From: Bacillota bacterium
GTDB lineage: Bacteria > Bacillota > Sulfobacillia > JAJZYS01 > JAJYTV01
Length of the DNA: 64,000 nt
Direction: 5' to 3'
Assembly: GCA_021799275.1 (NCBI GenBank)
Contig: JAJZAT010000001.1
Span: 161,431-225,430, forward strand
Shown piece by piece: positions 17,031 through 26,419 of this stretch (within the stretch, counting starts at the first letter, position 1; each line of letters opens with the position of its first letter). Position numbers and translations under genes: made by a program. The notes under the pieces were generated by a model, which saw nothing but the letters and a program-made list of their open reading frames with translations, did not search any database and was not told the origin of the DNA.

Positions 17031-18179
17031 ATGGTAACTGCCCAAACCCCGGCGCGCCGGCGCGAGCCCCATTGGCGCGAGCGTATGCCGCTCGCGCTGA
17101 GAGGCTTTCTGTTCACGCTGATCCCGATCTGGCTCATCGGCCTCCTGGGCCTGTGGCTGGTACCGATCCATGCGCATCACTGGATGCCTCCCGTGACGCG
17201 TTGGCTCGGGCTCTTCGCGCGCTGGGACTCGGCATGGTACTTCCACATCGCCGAAATCGGCTACTGGCGCACCGCGGCCTATGCCTTCTCCCCGCTCTAC
17301 CCCGTGCTCATGCGGGGCCTGCACGTCGTTACCGGGTTGCCTCTGGTACTGAGCGGCGAACTGATCGGATGGGCGTCGGACCTCGTGGCACTCTTCTTCC
17401 TCGTCCGGCTCTGGCGCGAGGAGGCGGGGGCGGAGGTGGCGCGCCGGGCCCTCTGGCTGCTCCTCGCGTACCCTGCCGCCTTCTTCCTCCTCGCGATGTA
17501 CCCCGAATCGCTCTACCTCCTGCTCTCCGTCGTCACCTACCTGCTGCTGCGGCGCAGCCGCTATCTCTGGGCCGCCGTCGCGATGGCCTTCGCCGCGCTC
17601 TCGCGCGCCAACGGCATTCTGCTGATCCTGCCGTACCTCGCGTTCGCGTGGGAAAGCTCCGGTCGCAGACTCGACCGCCTGTTCTGGCGGCGGGCCGCGC
17701 TCTCCCTGATCGGCGTCGCCGGGCTGTCGATCTACCTCGGCTACAGCTGGGCAACGACCGGCAACCCGCTGCAGTTCCTGGCGCAGCAGGCCACCTGGCA
17801 CCGCCATTTCACAGGCGGCGCCTTCGCGCTCGCCTACGCCCTGATCCACATCTTCTACGGCCAGGGACTGCCCCTGACCATCACCGACTTCCTGGCGCCC
17901 CTCGCGTTTCTTGGCCTGATCGCCTTCGATCGCGGCCGTCTGACCCTTGGCGACAAGCTCTACGTCTTTTTCGGCGTGCTGTCGATCCTGGTCGACCCAT
18001 CGATTCCAAACGGCTTCGTCCTGATGAGCGCGACACGTCTCGTCATGCCGTACTTCCCCGTCTACCGCGTAGCGGCCGAATGGCTGACCGAGCGTCAGTG
18101 GCGCATAGCCTTGGGGGTGATGGGCTTCTTGCAGCTCTGGTTCTGGTTCACGTATACGCACTGGTGGTTTTCCGGGTAG
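17031..18179 (+). CDS. GT-C fold membrane glycosyltransferase (PIG-V / mannosyltransferase-like)
   Basis: Polytopic, and FARWDSAWYFHIAEIGY resembles the PIG-V family motif. Confidence 0.7.
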   Translation: MVTAQTPARRREPHWRERMPLALRGFLFTLIPIWLIGLLGLWLVPIHAHHWMPPVTRWLGLFARWDSAWYFHIAEIGYWRTAAYAFSPLYPVLMRGLHVVTGLPLVLSGELIGWASDLVALFFLVRLWREEAGAEVARRALWLLLAYPAAFFLLAMYPESLYLLLSVVTYLLLRRSRYLWAAVAMAFAALSRANGILLILPYLAFAWESSGRRLDRLFWRRAALSLIGVAGLSIYLGYSWATTGNPLQFLAQQATWHRHFTGGAFALAYALIHIFYGQGLPLTITDFLAPLAFLGLIAFDRGRLTLGDKLYVFFGVLSILVDPSIPNGFVLMSATRLVMPYFPVYRVAAEWLTERQWRIALGVMGFLQLWFWFTYTHWWFSG

Positions 18180-18330
18180 GCCTCGGCCTACTCTTGGCTC
18201 ACTCTAAGTTTGTTCCGTTACGGTCCTAGAAGGCTCCGCGTCCCCGAATTCTATGCTACCGTAGTTGCGGTTGTATCGGGCACAGAACGCAAATCGACGC
18301 CTCGCGTCGGTACGTCGAAGGAGGATCTTC

Positions 18331-19506
18331 TTGCGCATACTGATCATCGGCGGCGACGGTTACCTGGGCTGGCCCACGGCCATGCATTTCGCCCAGCGCG
18401 GGCATGAGGTCGCGGTGCTCGACAACATGGTCAAACGGCGCTGGGAGAGCGAGCTCGGAGTGGCACCTCTCTGGCCGATCGCCAGCCTGACCGAGCGCGC
18501 GCAAGCCCTGCGCGAGACCACCGATCGCGAGGTCGAGGTGTTCGTCGGGGACGTCGGCGACAAGTCGGTGATCCGCGGCGTCCTGTCGCGCTTCATGCCG
18601 GACGCGATCGTGCACTACGGCGAGCAGCCGTCGGCGCCGTTCTCGATGATCGACGTCGAGCACGCCATCCTCTCGCAGCAGAACAACGTGCTCGGCACCC
18701 TGCAGCTCGCCTTCGCCATGCACGACATCGTACCGGACGCGCACCTCATCAAGCTGGGCACGATGGGCGAGTACGGCACGCCGAACATCGACATCGAGGA
18801 AGGCTACATCGAGATCGAGCACAACGGCCGCCGCGACCGCCTGCCCTTCCCGAAGAGCCCGGGCTCCTTCTACCACCTCTCGAAGGTGCACGACTCGCAC
18901 AACCTGATGTTCGCCGCGAAGCTCTGGAACATGCGCATCACGGACCTGAACCAGGGCGTCGTCTACGGCACCACGACCGACGAGACCGCGATCGATCCGC
19001 GGCTTGCGACGAGCTTCCACTATGACGAGTACTTCGGCACCGTGATCAACCGCTTCGTCGCCCAGGCCGTGGCCGGTATGCCGCTCACCGTGTACGGCAA
19101 GGGCGGCCAGAAGCGCGGCTACCTCAACATCCGGGACACGTTGCAGTGCGTGGAGATCGCCGCGACGAATCCGGCGTCACCCGGCGAGTTCCGGGTGTTC
19201 AACCAGTTCACCGAGCAGTTCACGATCGACGAGCTCGCCGATCTCGTCGTGGAGGCTGCCGCAAGGCAGGGCATCCACGCGGAGAAGAAGTCGATCCAGA
19301 ACCCGCGCATGGAGCTCGAAAGCCACCACTACAACGCGCGCAACAGCGGCCTCATGGGCCTCGGCCTCCAGCCGCACCGCCTCACCGTCGACGTGCTCGC
19401 CGGCATGATCGCCTGGGCCGCGGAGCACCCGGAGCGCATCGATCGCAACGTCATCATCCCGACCGTCCAGTGGCGCAAGGAGCCTCAGGGCGTCCGCGAG
19501 TCCTGA
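18331..19506 (+). CDS. sqdB: UDP-sulfoquinovose synthase (SQD1/SqdB/Agl3 family)
   Basis: [74 protein letters not shown] and [10 protein letters not shown] are SQD1-type signatures. TTG at 18331 follows GAAGGAGGA. Confidence 0.9.
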   Translation: [391 protein letters not shown]

Positions 19507-19545
19507 TCAGCATCCGGCCGATGTGGCCAGAAGGGGGGTGGACAC

Positions 19546-20472
19546 ATGCGCCAGAGGTTTTGGACGTGGGGCATCCCGGCGGTCTTTTCGCTCGCCGGGA
19601 TCTACGCCGTCGTGAAGAGCCTCGGTTCGCTCAACATGCTCTGGCGCGTCCACCCCTACTGGCCGGACCTTCTGCTGGTCCTCGTCGTCTATCCCGTCTT
19701 CGCCGCGGGGCGGGGGCTGCGCTTCCGCCAGCTGCTGCGTGACGAAGCCAACTGGCAGAGGACGGTCGGGCTCGGCTGGCTCTACTCCGCCGCCTGCAGC
19801 GTGCTGCCCGGCGGTATCGGCGAGGTATCCCTGCCGCTCATCTACCGGAGCGCCCCCGGCGGTCCGGCGCATGCGACGGCCGCCATGGCGGTGGCCAGGG
19901 TGCAGGACCTCCTGTCCTGGCTCGTGATCCTGGTCATCGCGGGCTTTGCCGTCTCCAACCTGCCCACGGACTCCATGGCGCTCCTCGGCATCTCGCTCGT
20001 CGTGACGGCCTTGGGCACGCTCATGGTGTTCGTGCCGCCGGCGCGGCGCTTCCTCTTCCGTCTGGCGGGCCTGATTCCCTGGCCGAAGCTGCACCGCTTC
20101 CTCGCGCAGATCGACGAGCGGCTCGGCGGGATGGTCTACAATGTACCCAGCTGGGTGGTCACCTTCGGGCTGCGCCTCCTCAGCATCCTTTCCTACTACC
20201 TCGCGCTGCGGGCCTTCGGTGCGCCGGTCACGTTCGCCGAAGCCTCCGTCGGCGGCGCGCTCGCGGCCCTGCTGCTGGTGCTGCCCGTCCAGGGCGTCGC
20301 CGGGCTCGGCACGGTCGAGGTGTGGTGGATCATGATCCTGCGCCTTTTCGGCACGCCCTGGTCGGTCGCCGCCGTGGCGGCCATCGGTGTGCACATGACC
20401 CTGCTCGTCCTGTCGGTGGCCGTCGGCGGCCTGTCGTTCAAGACGGCCCCGGGCCTTCTATCCACTACGTGA
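19546..20472 (+). CDS. LPG-synthase-TM / flippase-like membrane protein (UPF0104)
   Basis: About 8 TM segments. Its pattern and its position beside GT2 genes are typical of the family. Confidence 0.65.
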   Translation: MRQRFWTWGIPAVFSLAGIYAVVKSLGSLNMLWRVHPYWPDLLLVLVVYPVFAAGRGLRFRQLLRDEANWQRTVGLGWLYSAACSVLPGGIGEVSLPLIYRSAPGGPAHATAAMAVARVQDLLSWLVILVIAGFAVSNLPTDSMALLGISLVVTALGTLMVFVPPARRFLFRLAGLIPWPKLHRFLAQIDERLGGMVYNVPSWVVTFGLRLLSILSYYLALRAFGAPVTFAEASVGGALAALLLVLPVQGVAGLGTVEVWWIMILRLFGTPWSVAAVAAIGVHMTLLVLSVAVGGLSFKTAPGLLSTT

Positions 20473-20488
20473 ACGGAGGAGCGACACC

Positions 20489-21526
20489 ATGAGCGCCCTA
20501 CGCCTAGGCGGCATCCTGGTTGCACTGGTCCTCGGCTTCATGGTCCTGCGCGGGCTCTCGAGGCGCGCGCCGACCTCCGCCGACGGCCTCGGCTTCCTCG
20601 CCGCCCTCATCCTTCTCGCGGTCTCCCTCTTCCCCGGGCTCGTCAACGTCCCGACGGATCTCCTGCTGCTCGGTCGCGCGCCGCGCGGCCGCCTTCTCGC
20701 ACTCATCCTGTTTTCGAACATCGTGCTCTGGTTCTACACCTTCTGGTCCGCGGGCCTGCACCGCCGCAGCCATGAGCGGGCGGACGGCCAGCGCGAGGCC
20801 CTGGTGGCCCGGATCGCGTCGCAGGGCGCCTCGCCGGACCTGGACGGCGTCGTCATCGTGATGCCGGCCTACAACGAGGAGGGGTCGGTCGGGCAGGTGG
20901 TGCGCGGGCTGCCGGCTGAGATCCTCGGCCAGAAGGTCTACCCGGTCGTGGTCGCCGACGGCTGCAGCGACCAGACGGCCGCCGTGGCGCGCAGCGCCGG
21001 GGCGCTGGTGCTAGACCTGCCCATCAACATGGGCGGCGGCGCCGCCATCCGCATCGGCTACAACTTTGCCGCCCAGAACGGCGCCCGCGTCATCGTGACG
21101 ATGGACGCGGACGGGCAGCATCTCGCCTCCGACATCGAGGGGCTCGTCGCACCCATTTTGCGCGGCGACACCGACTTCGTGATCGGATCGCGGCGCCTGG
21201 GCTCGTTCGAGAAGGTAAGCTCCCTGCGCAGCGCGGGGCTCTCGTTCTTCAACCTTTTCCTCAACCTTCTGCTGCAGACACGGCTCACCGACTGCTCCTC
21301 CGGCTTCCGCGCCTTCGACGCGCACAAGCTGACGCACCTCGAGACGTCGGAAAGCCAGTACCACACCTCCGAGACCATCATGCTGGTACGTCGACTCGGT
21401 CTGCGCATCGCGGAGCGCCCGATCACGGTCCAGCGCCGCATCGCCGGCCAGAGCAAGAAGGGCAACGACCTGGTGTACGGCTATCGGTTCGCGCGCACCA
21501 TGCTCACCCGCTGGCTGCGCGGGTAA
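20489..21526 (+). CDS. GT2 glycosyltransferase with N-terminal DUF2304-like membrane domain
   Basis: VVIVMPAYNEEGSVG...VVVADGCSDQT...VTMDADGQH, preceded by 3-4 TM helices. Confidence 0.85.
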   Translation: MSALRLGGILVALVLGFMVLRGLSRRAPTSADGLGFLAALILLAVSLFPGLVNVPTDLLLLGRAPRGRLLALILFSNIVLWFYTFWSAGLHRRSHERADGQREALVARIASQGASPDLDGVVIVMPAYNEEGSVGQVVRGLPAEILGQKVYPVVVADGCSDQTAAVARSAGALVLDLPINMGGGAAIRIGYNFAAQNGARVIVTMDADGQHLASDIEGLVAPILRGDTDFVIGSRRLGSFEKVSSLRSAGLSFFNLFLNLLLQTRLTDCSSGFRAFDAHKLTHLETSESQYHTSETIMLVRRLGLRIAERPITVQRRIAGQSKKGNDLVYGYRFARTMLTRWLRG

Positions 21527-21532
21527 GGCGAA

Positions 21533-23380
21533 GTGGCAAAGGCGGACGCGGTCGCTCCGCAGCGCAAGGGCCTCGGCGAAGTGCTGAGGCCCGCTCTGCA
21601 TGCCGTCGGCGGCCTGATTCCGCCAAGGCGCCGCAGGGAACTTGAACGGAGGGGGACGACGCCTTACGGCTTCGGCCTCGGCCTCGCCGTCTACCTCGCG
21701 CTGACCCTCGCCGTTCTGGGACCCTCGCTCGTGCATCCCGGCGGGAGCTTCCCGGGCTATGGCGGTGACGCCGAACAGTACATGTGGTACCTCGGCTGGT
21801 TCTGGCACGCCATCGGCGCGGGCCGGAACCCGTTCGTCACGTCCCTGATCAACTACCCGCACGGCATGAACCTGATGTGGAACACGTCGATCCTGGCGGA
21901 ATCGGCCCTGCTGGGTCCGATCGCCGTCCTGATCGGCACCGCCGCCACCTACAATCTCTGGTTTCTCCTGAACTACGTGCTGGCCGGCGTCCTGGGCCAG
22001 GCGATCTGCGCCCGCCTGGGCGCCCGCCAGTGGCTCAGCATTCTCGGAGGGCTCCTCGCGGTGACCCTGCCCTACATGACGACGCAGTCGCTCTCGCACA
22101 TCAGCCTGATCACGATCGAGCTGCTGCTCGGGATCCTGCTGATCCTCGTGAAGATCGTGCAGGACCGGCCGCGGCGCGCGTGGCTCTGGGGCGTTCTAGC
22201 GGGGGCTTTGCTCGCCATGCAGTTCTACACCCTGCTCGAGGTACTTGTGAGCGCCGTCCTCACGTTCGCGCTCACGCTGGTCGTCGCCTGGTTTGTGGCC
22301 CGCCCCGATCTCGTCCGGCTGGCGCGGCGCATCCCGCTCGGGTTCTGGGTCGCGGCGGCGATCACGGCCGCGGCGCTTGCCCTGCCCGGCCTATACGAGA
22401 TGCTGTTCGGTCCGTTCCGCGTCTTCCACTCGGTGCAGCCGGAGAACGTCTACGTCGTGGACCTCGTCAACCTCATCCTGCCGACCCACGCCTTCCTCGT
22501 GCACTTCCCCGGCACCGACCCCGCCGCGTGGTTCACGGGCAACTACGCCGAGGATAACGGCTACCTCGGCGTCCCGGCCCTGCTCCTGCTCAACTGGGCC
22601 ATACGCCGGCTGTGGCACCGCCCTCTGGTGCGCGTGCTCGCGATCGTTGCAGGCATCGTCACGCTGCTCGGACTCGGTCACTCGCTGCACCTGATCGGCT
22701 GGACGTCTCCACTGCCGCTGCCCTGGGCGGCCGCTTCCCTGCTGCCCTTCATCAAGGACCTGCTGCCGACGCGCCTCATGCTCTACACCGACCTCGCCGT
22801 CGTGGCCATCTCGGTGCTGGCGATCGAGGACTACCTGCGCAGCGGCAACGCCACCGCCGGTCGCAGACCGTACTGGCTGTTCGGCCTGATGATCGCCACA
22901 TGGCTGCCGGTCCTGCCCTACCCCAACACCACCCTGCCGCAGGCCACCGTCGACATGGCGCCGCAGACCGCAGTGGCGAAGGCGCTGCGGGGACAGCCCA
23001 CGTACGTGCTCACCCGGGCGTTCCCGGAGACCATGCAGATGCTGCAAGAGGCCGATTACAGCTTTCCGGTCGCCAATGTCTACGGGCACAACGACAACAG
23101 TCTGAGCCGCCAGCAGCAGTTGCAAGGGGTGCAGGTGCTCCTGAACCCGAACCTCGCGCCGGAGATCTACCAGACGATCCTGGTCGACGATCTGATGCGG
23201 CTGCGCGTCACGCGGCTCTACTACCTGCCGCGCCCGGTCTACGGTTCCACGACGATTCCGCAGGAGGCCCTGCGACAGATCAACGCGACGCTGGGGCCGC
23301 CGATCGCCGCCTCACCCACAGGCAGCATCGTCTGGCGCGTCCCCAGGACGCCGGCGTTCGAGCAGAGCCCACAACCTTGA
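21533..23380 (+). CDS. large polytopic membrane protein, candidate GT-C-type glycosyltransferase with C-terminal extracytoplasmic domain
   Basis: 615 aa with more than 10 predicted TM helices. Early loop motif GYGGDAEQYMWYLGWFWHA, and a soluble C-terminal region of about 170 aa. Confidence 0.6.
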   Translation: MAKADAVAPQRKGLGEVLRPALHAVGGLIPPRRRRELERRGTTPYGFGLGLAVYLALTLAVLGPSLVHPGGSFPGYGGDAEQYMWYLGWFWHAIGAGRNPFVTSLINYPHGMNLMWNTSILAESALLGPIAVLIGTAATYNLWFLLNYVLAGVLGQAICARLGARQWLSILGGLLAVTLPYMTTQSLSHISLITIELLLGILLILVKIVQDRPRRAWLWGVLAGALLAMQFYTLLEVLVSAVLTFALTLVVAWFVARPDLVRLARRIPLGFWVAAAITAAALALPGLYEMLFGPFRVFHSVQPENVYVVDLVNLILPTHAFLVHFPGTDPAAWFTGNYAEDNGYLGVPALLLLNWAIRRLWHRPLVRVLAIVAGIVTLLGLGHSLHLIGWTSPLPLPWAAASLLPFIKDLLPTRLMLYTDLAVVAISVLAIEDYLRSGNATAGRRPYWLFGLMIATWLPVLPYPNTTLPQATVDMAPQTAVAKALRGQPTYVLTRAFPETMQMLQEADYSFPVANVYGHNDNSLSRQQQLQGVQVLLNPNLAPEIYQTILVDDLMRLRVTRLYYLPRPVYGSTTIPQEALRQINATLGPPIAASPTGSIVWRVPRTPAFEQSPQP

Positions 23381-23414
23381 AGCGGCTGGCCATCCTGCGA
23401 TGGCCAGCCGCTTC
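23379..23414. terminator. bidirectional terminator hairpin
   Basis: GAAGCGGCTGGCCAT-cctgcg-ATGGCCAGCCGCTTC, a 15-bp perfect stem between convergent genes. Confidence 0.65.
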
Positions 23415-23415
23415 C

Positions 23416-24546
23416 TCAACTTCGGCTCCGCATGTCCTGGAAATCCCGCACGCGCTCGACGAGCCCTGGCGGCCAATCGTTCAGGACCTGATCCACGTGC
23501 AGCGGGGTGCCTCGCAGGTCGAGCTCCTGGCGGCCGATCGGCTCGTCGCGATCGTCCGCGACCACGGTCACCAGCGGCTGCAGGGGGTTACCGGGATTGA
23601 GCCCGGTCACGAGGCCAAGGAGGCCGTTCGTCAGGCGTACGATCTCGCCGACGGGGATGATCGCCACGTGCTCCAGAAGTGCCTGCACGGCCGAGGCGTC
23701 GAGCTTCGGACCGGCCTCCTCCTGCATGATCTGCAGCACCTTCCGAGGTGCGTAGCGCATCCTGTAGTTGCGCTCCGCCCGGATGGCGTCGAACACGTCG
23801 GCCGCGGCGACGATGCGCGAGAAGACGTAGATCTCGTCGCCCTTGAGGTGCGATGGATATCCCGACCCGTCCAGGCGCTCGTGGTGCTGGAGCACGACGA
23901 TCGACGACGTCGGCATGATGTTCTGGAACCCTTCGTGGACCAGATCCCAGCCAAGCCTCGGGTGCTGCCTCACGATCTCGAATTCCTCGGTCGTCAACGA
24001 TGCCGGCTTCTGCAGGATCTCCTGCGGCACCGTCACCTTGCCGATGTCATGCAGGATGGCTCCCGTCCCCAGCCGCACGAGCTGGTCCTCCGTCATCAGA
24101 AGGTGCTTGCCCACCAGCACCGACAAAAGGGCGACCTGGACCGAATGCTCGAAGGTGTAGTTGTCCCAGGTCCTGAGATGGGCAACGTTGGCGACGACGT
24201 CGTCGTTCTGCAGGATGTCTTCGACCATGCTGCGCAGGGCCGTGGCGAGGCGGAGCGCCTGCGCCTGGCTCGGCGGCTCGCTATCCTTGGCGCTGCGGAA
24301 GATGTCGTCGAGGCAGCGCCTGGTGACCGCGATCGTCTCGTCGCGTACGACCGTCTGCACCTCAAGATCGGGAAAGAGCTCGTCGGTCACCCAGATCGCG
24401 TGGATGCCCCGGCGCCGCAAGGCTCCGACCATCGAGGGCCGGATTTGGGTGCCACGCCGCAGCAGCGGCGTCCGCCCCGTTCGGTTGAAGACGGTCTTCG
24501 CGGAAAACTTGCCGACGATCTCCTCGTCGACCTGTACCCTTCGCAA
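23416..24546 (-). CDS. HD-GYP domain c-di-GMP phosphodiesterase (canonical motifs)
   Basis: ILHDIGKVTVP, QHHERLDGSGYP, AAADVFDA. DUF3391-like N-terminus. TTG at 24546 lies 7 nt after GGAGG. The track ORF extends to 24684. Confidence 0.85.
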   Translation of the reverse strand: MRRVQVDEEIVGKFSAKTVFNRTGRTPLLRRGTQIRPSMVGALRRRGIHAIWVTDELFPDLEVQTVVRDETIAVTRRCLDDIFRSAKDSEPPSQAQALRLATALRSMVEDILQNDDVVANVAHLRTWDNYTFEHSVQVALLSVLVGKHLLMTEDQLVRLGTGAILHDIGKVTVPQEILQKPASLTTEEFEIVRQHPRLGWDLVHEGFQNIMPTSSIVVLQHHERLDGSGYPSHLKGDEIYVFSRIVAAADVFDAIRAERNYRMRYAPRKVLQIMQEEAGPKLDASAVQALLEHVAIIPVGEIVRLTNGLLGLVTGLNPGNPLQPLVTVVADDRDEPIGRQELDLRGTPLHVDQVLNDWPPGLVERVRDFQDMRSRS

Positions 24547-24646
24547 GTGGCGACCTCCGTTTGCAAATACCAAACAAGGTCGGCATATTCGACGGGCTGG
24601 TGCCGCATCCCTCTGAGGAAGTGGCCATGCAAAACCAGGCGGACGC

Positions 24647-25142
24647 TTATGCGTGCTCCTGGTTTCCGCAATCTGGCAAGCCAATTGGGGGTTCGTGCAA
24701 CATGAAGCTGTTCATATCCCCCCCTTGACGAAAGCCACTGGCGGCATAGAACGCCTCGGCTCCCGTGTTGTCCTCGAGTGTGCGATGCCCCCCGGATGGC
24801 GTTCGCCGCCATCGGACCCCTCCGTTCTCCGCTGACCGACCCCGCCCAACGCCAGCGCCGCCTCTGGTGCGCCTCGACCTCGTAGAGGAGCACCTCCCTT
24901 CCTCGTCCCGTCGCCGCGGCAGCACGAGGCAGAAAGGAATCCCATCGGCTCGTCGCTCTCATGCGCGGCCCCAGCGCAGGACCCCACCGCCGGCGAGAAA
25001 GGTCTCGGACTCCTGTCGGCCAAACGGTTGCGGCGCCCATCGAGAACGAACTGCGGGTCCCTCGACGCAGGTCCGACAGCCCCTGCTCGTCACCCACGCC
25101 GAGCCTGCGGGTCTCCTGCCAGCCGCCACGTTCTTCGCACAT
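24647..25142 (-). pseudogene. putative frameshifted GNAT acetyltransferase remnant
   Basis: GNAT-like pieces lie in three frames: ESDEPMGFLSA / RGRGAPEAALAL / EDNTGAEAFYAASGF. G-homopolymer runs occur at the junctions. The first ATG overlaps the upstream ABC gene stop (TGATG). Confidence 0.35.
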
Positions 25143-26011
25143 CAGGCTTCGACGTAGCTCCAGAAGAGGTCCTCGAGCGACAGTCCTTCCGCCTGCACGG
25201 CCCTGACCCCGGAGACCCGCCGCACCTGGTCGGGCAAGGCCGTGCCCGTGACGAGGAACCCGTGCGAGCCATCGCGCACCCGACGCACCCCGGGCAGGGA
25301 GCGCAGAGCGTCTCCCGTCGCGGGCGGGGCCTGGACGACCATGCGCCGCTGCGATTCGAGAATCTCCGTAATCGGCCCCGCTACCTGGATGCGCCGATCA
25401 TGGATGAGGGCGAAGTGGTCGCAGGTCTGTTCCACAAGGCCGAGGTCCTGCGACGTCAGGAGCACCGTTCGGTCAGGCTGCGCGCTCGCTTCGAGCAATA
25501 CCTGCAGGTAGCGCCGACGGTGGACGGGGTCGAGACCGGAAGCCGGTTCGTCCAGGATCAGCAGCTCGGGCTGCGTCGAGAGAGCCAGCGCCAGGCTGAA
25601 CTGCGTGCGCATGCCTGTGCTGAGCGCCCCGATCTTGCGCTCGCGCGGCAGCTCGAAGACGTCCACGTAGCGCCTGGCGGCGCTCGCATCCCAGCGCGGA
25701 TGCAGGGCGCCCACGAAGCGCAGGAGATCTCCGACGCGCATGTTCTCGTAGAACACGGGCCGGTCCGGCACGTAGGCGATGCGGGCACGGTCCCCGGCTG
25801 TCAGCTTGCCGAGGGGGCGGCCGAGGATGGTGCCCTCGCCACCGCCCGGGTGCAGAAAGCCCATGAGGATGCGCAGGAGTGTGGTCTTGCCCGCCCCGTT
25901 GAGGCCCAAGATGCCGTAGATGCTTCCCTCCGGCAGCTCGAGGTCGATGCCGTCCAGGACAGTAAGGCGGCCGAAGCGCTTCGTGAGGTTCCTGAGACTA
26001 ACGGCCGGCAT
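25142..26011 (-). CDS. ABC transporter ATP-binding protein
   Basis: GLNGAGKTT, LSTGMRTQ, LLILDEP. Confidence 0.9.
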   Translation of the reverse strand: MPAVSLRNLTKRFGRLTVLDGIDLELPEGSIYGILGLNGAGKTTLLRILMGFLHPGGGEGTILGRPLGKLTAGDRARIAYVPDRPVFYENMRVGDLLRFVGALHPRWDASAARRYVDVFELPRERKIGALSTGMRTQFSLALALSTQPELLILDEPASGLDPVHRRRYLQVLLEASAQPDRTVLLTSQDLGLVEQTCDHFALIHDRRIQVAGPITEILESQRRMVVQAPPATGDALRSLPGVRRVRDGSHGFLVTGTALPDQVRRVSGVRAVQAEGLSLEDLFWSYVEA

Positions 26012-26417
26012 GATCTTCCGCCTCCCCGTCCGCGCGCTCCGTATCGCCGGCCCCGGCGGCCGCCCGTTCCAGTTCCCGAAGGGCTTCGGACACGGTGAAG
26101 CCCAGACGCTCCGCCTCTCCGAGGAACGCCACGGCGGCGGCCTCGAGCCTTTCGCGCCGCTCCCGATCGTCGAGTCTCGGTCGTCCCAGGACGAATGTGC
26201 CGCGCCCGCGCGGCTGCTCGATCACGCCGATCTGCTCAAGTTCGTCGTACGCCTTGACCACGGTGGCCGGATTGACCGCCAGGTCCACCGCAAGCTCGCG
26301 CACCCCGGGCAGCTTGTCGCCGCTCTCGAGCACGCCGGCCAGCACCGCCTGCTCGATCTGGGCGGCGATCTGTCGGTAGATGGCCACACCGCTGTGGCTG
26401 TCGATCCGGATCCACAT
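25998..26417 (-). CDS. GntR-family transcriptional regulator, YtrA subfamily (short C-terminal domain)
   Basis: MWIRIDSHSGVAIYRQIAAQIEQAVLAGVLESGDKLPGVRELAVDLAVNPATVVKAYDELEQIGVIEQPRGRGTFV. About 139 aa. Confidence 0.85.
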   Translation of the reverse strand: MWIRIDSHSGVAIYRQIAAQIEQAVLAGVLESGDKLPGVRELAVDLAVNPATVVKAYDELEQIGVIEQPRGRGTFVLGRPRLDDRERRERLEAAAVAFLGEAERLGFTVSEALRELERAAAGAGDTERADGEAEDHAGR

Positions 26418-26419
26418 CG

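Noticed and set aside
15828-18161. 777-aa minus-strand ORF
   Set aside because: It is antisense to the GT2-GtrA and PIG-V-like genes. The composition is low-complexity and charged, with no motifs.
22612-24705. 697-aa plus-strand ORF
   Set aside because: It is out of frame with the 3' end of the large membrane protein gene and antisense to the HD-GYP gene. It has no motifs.
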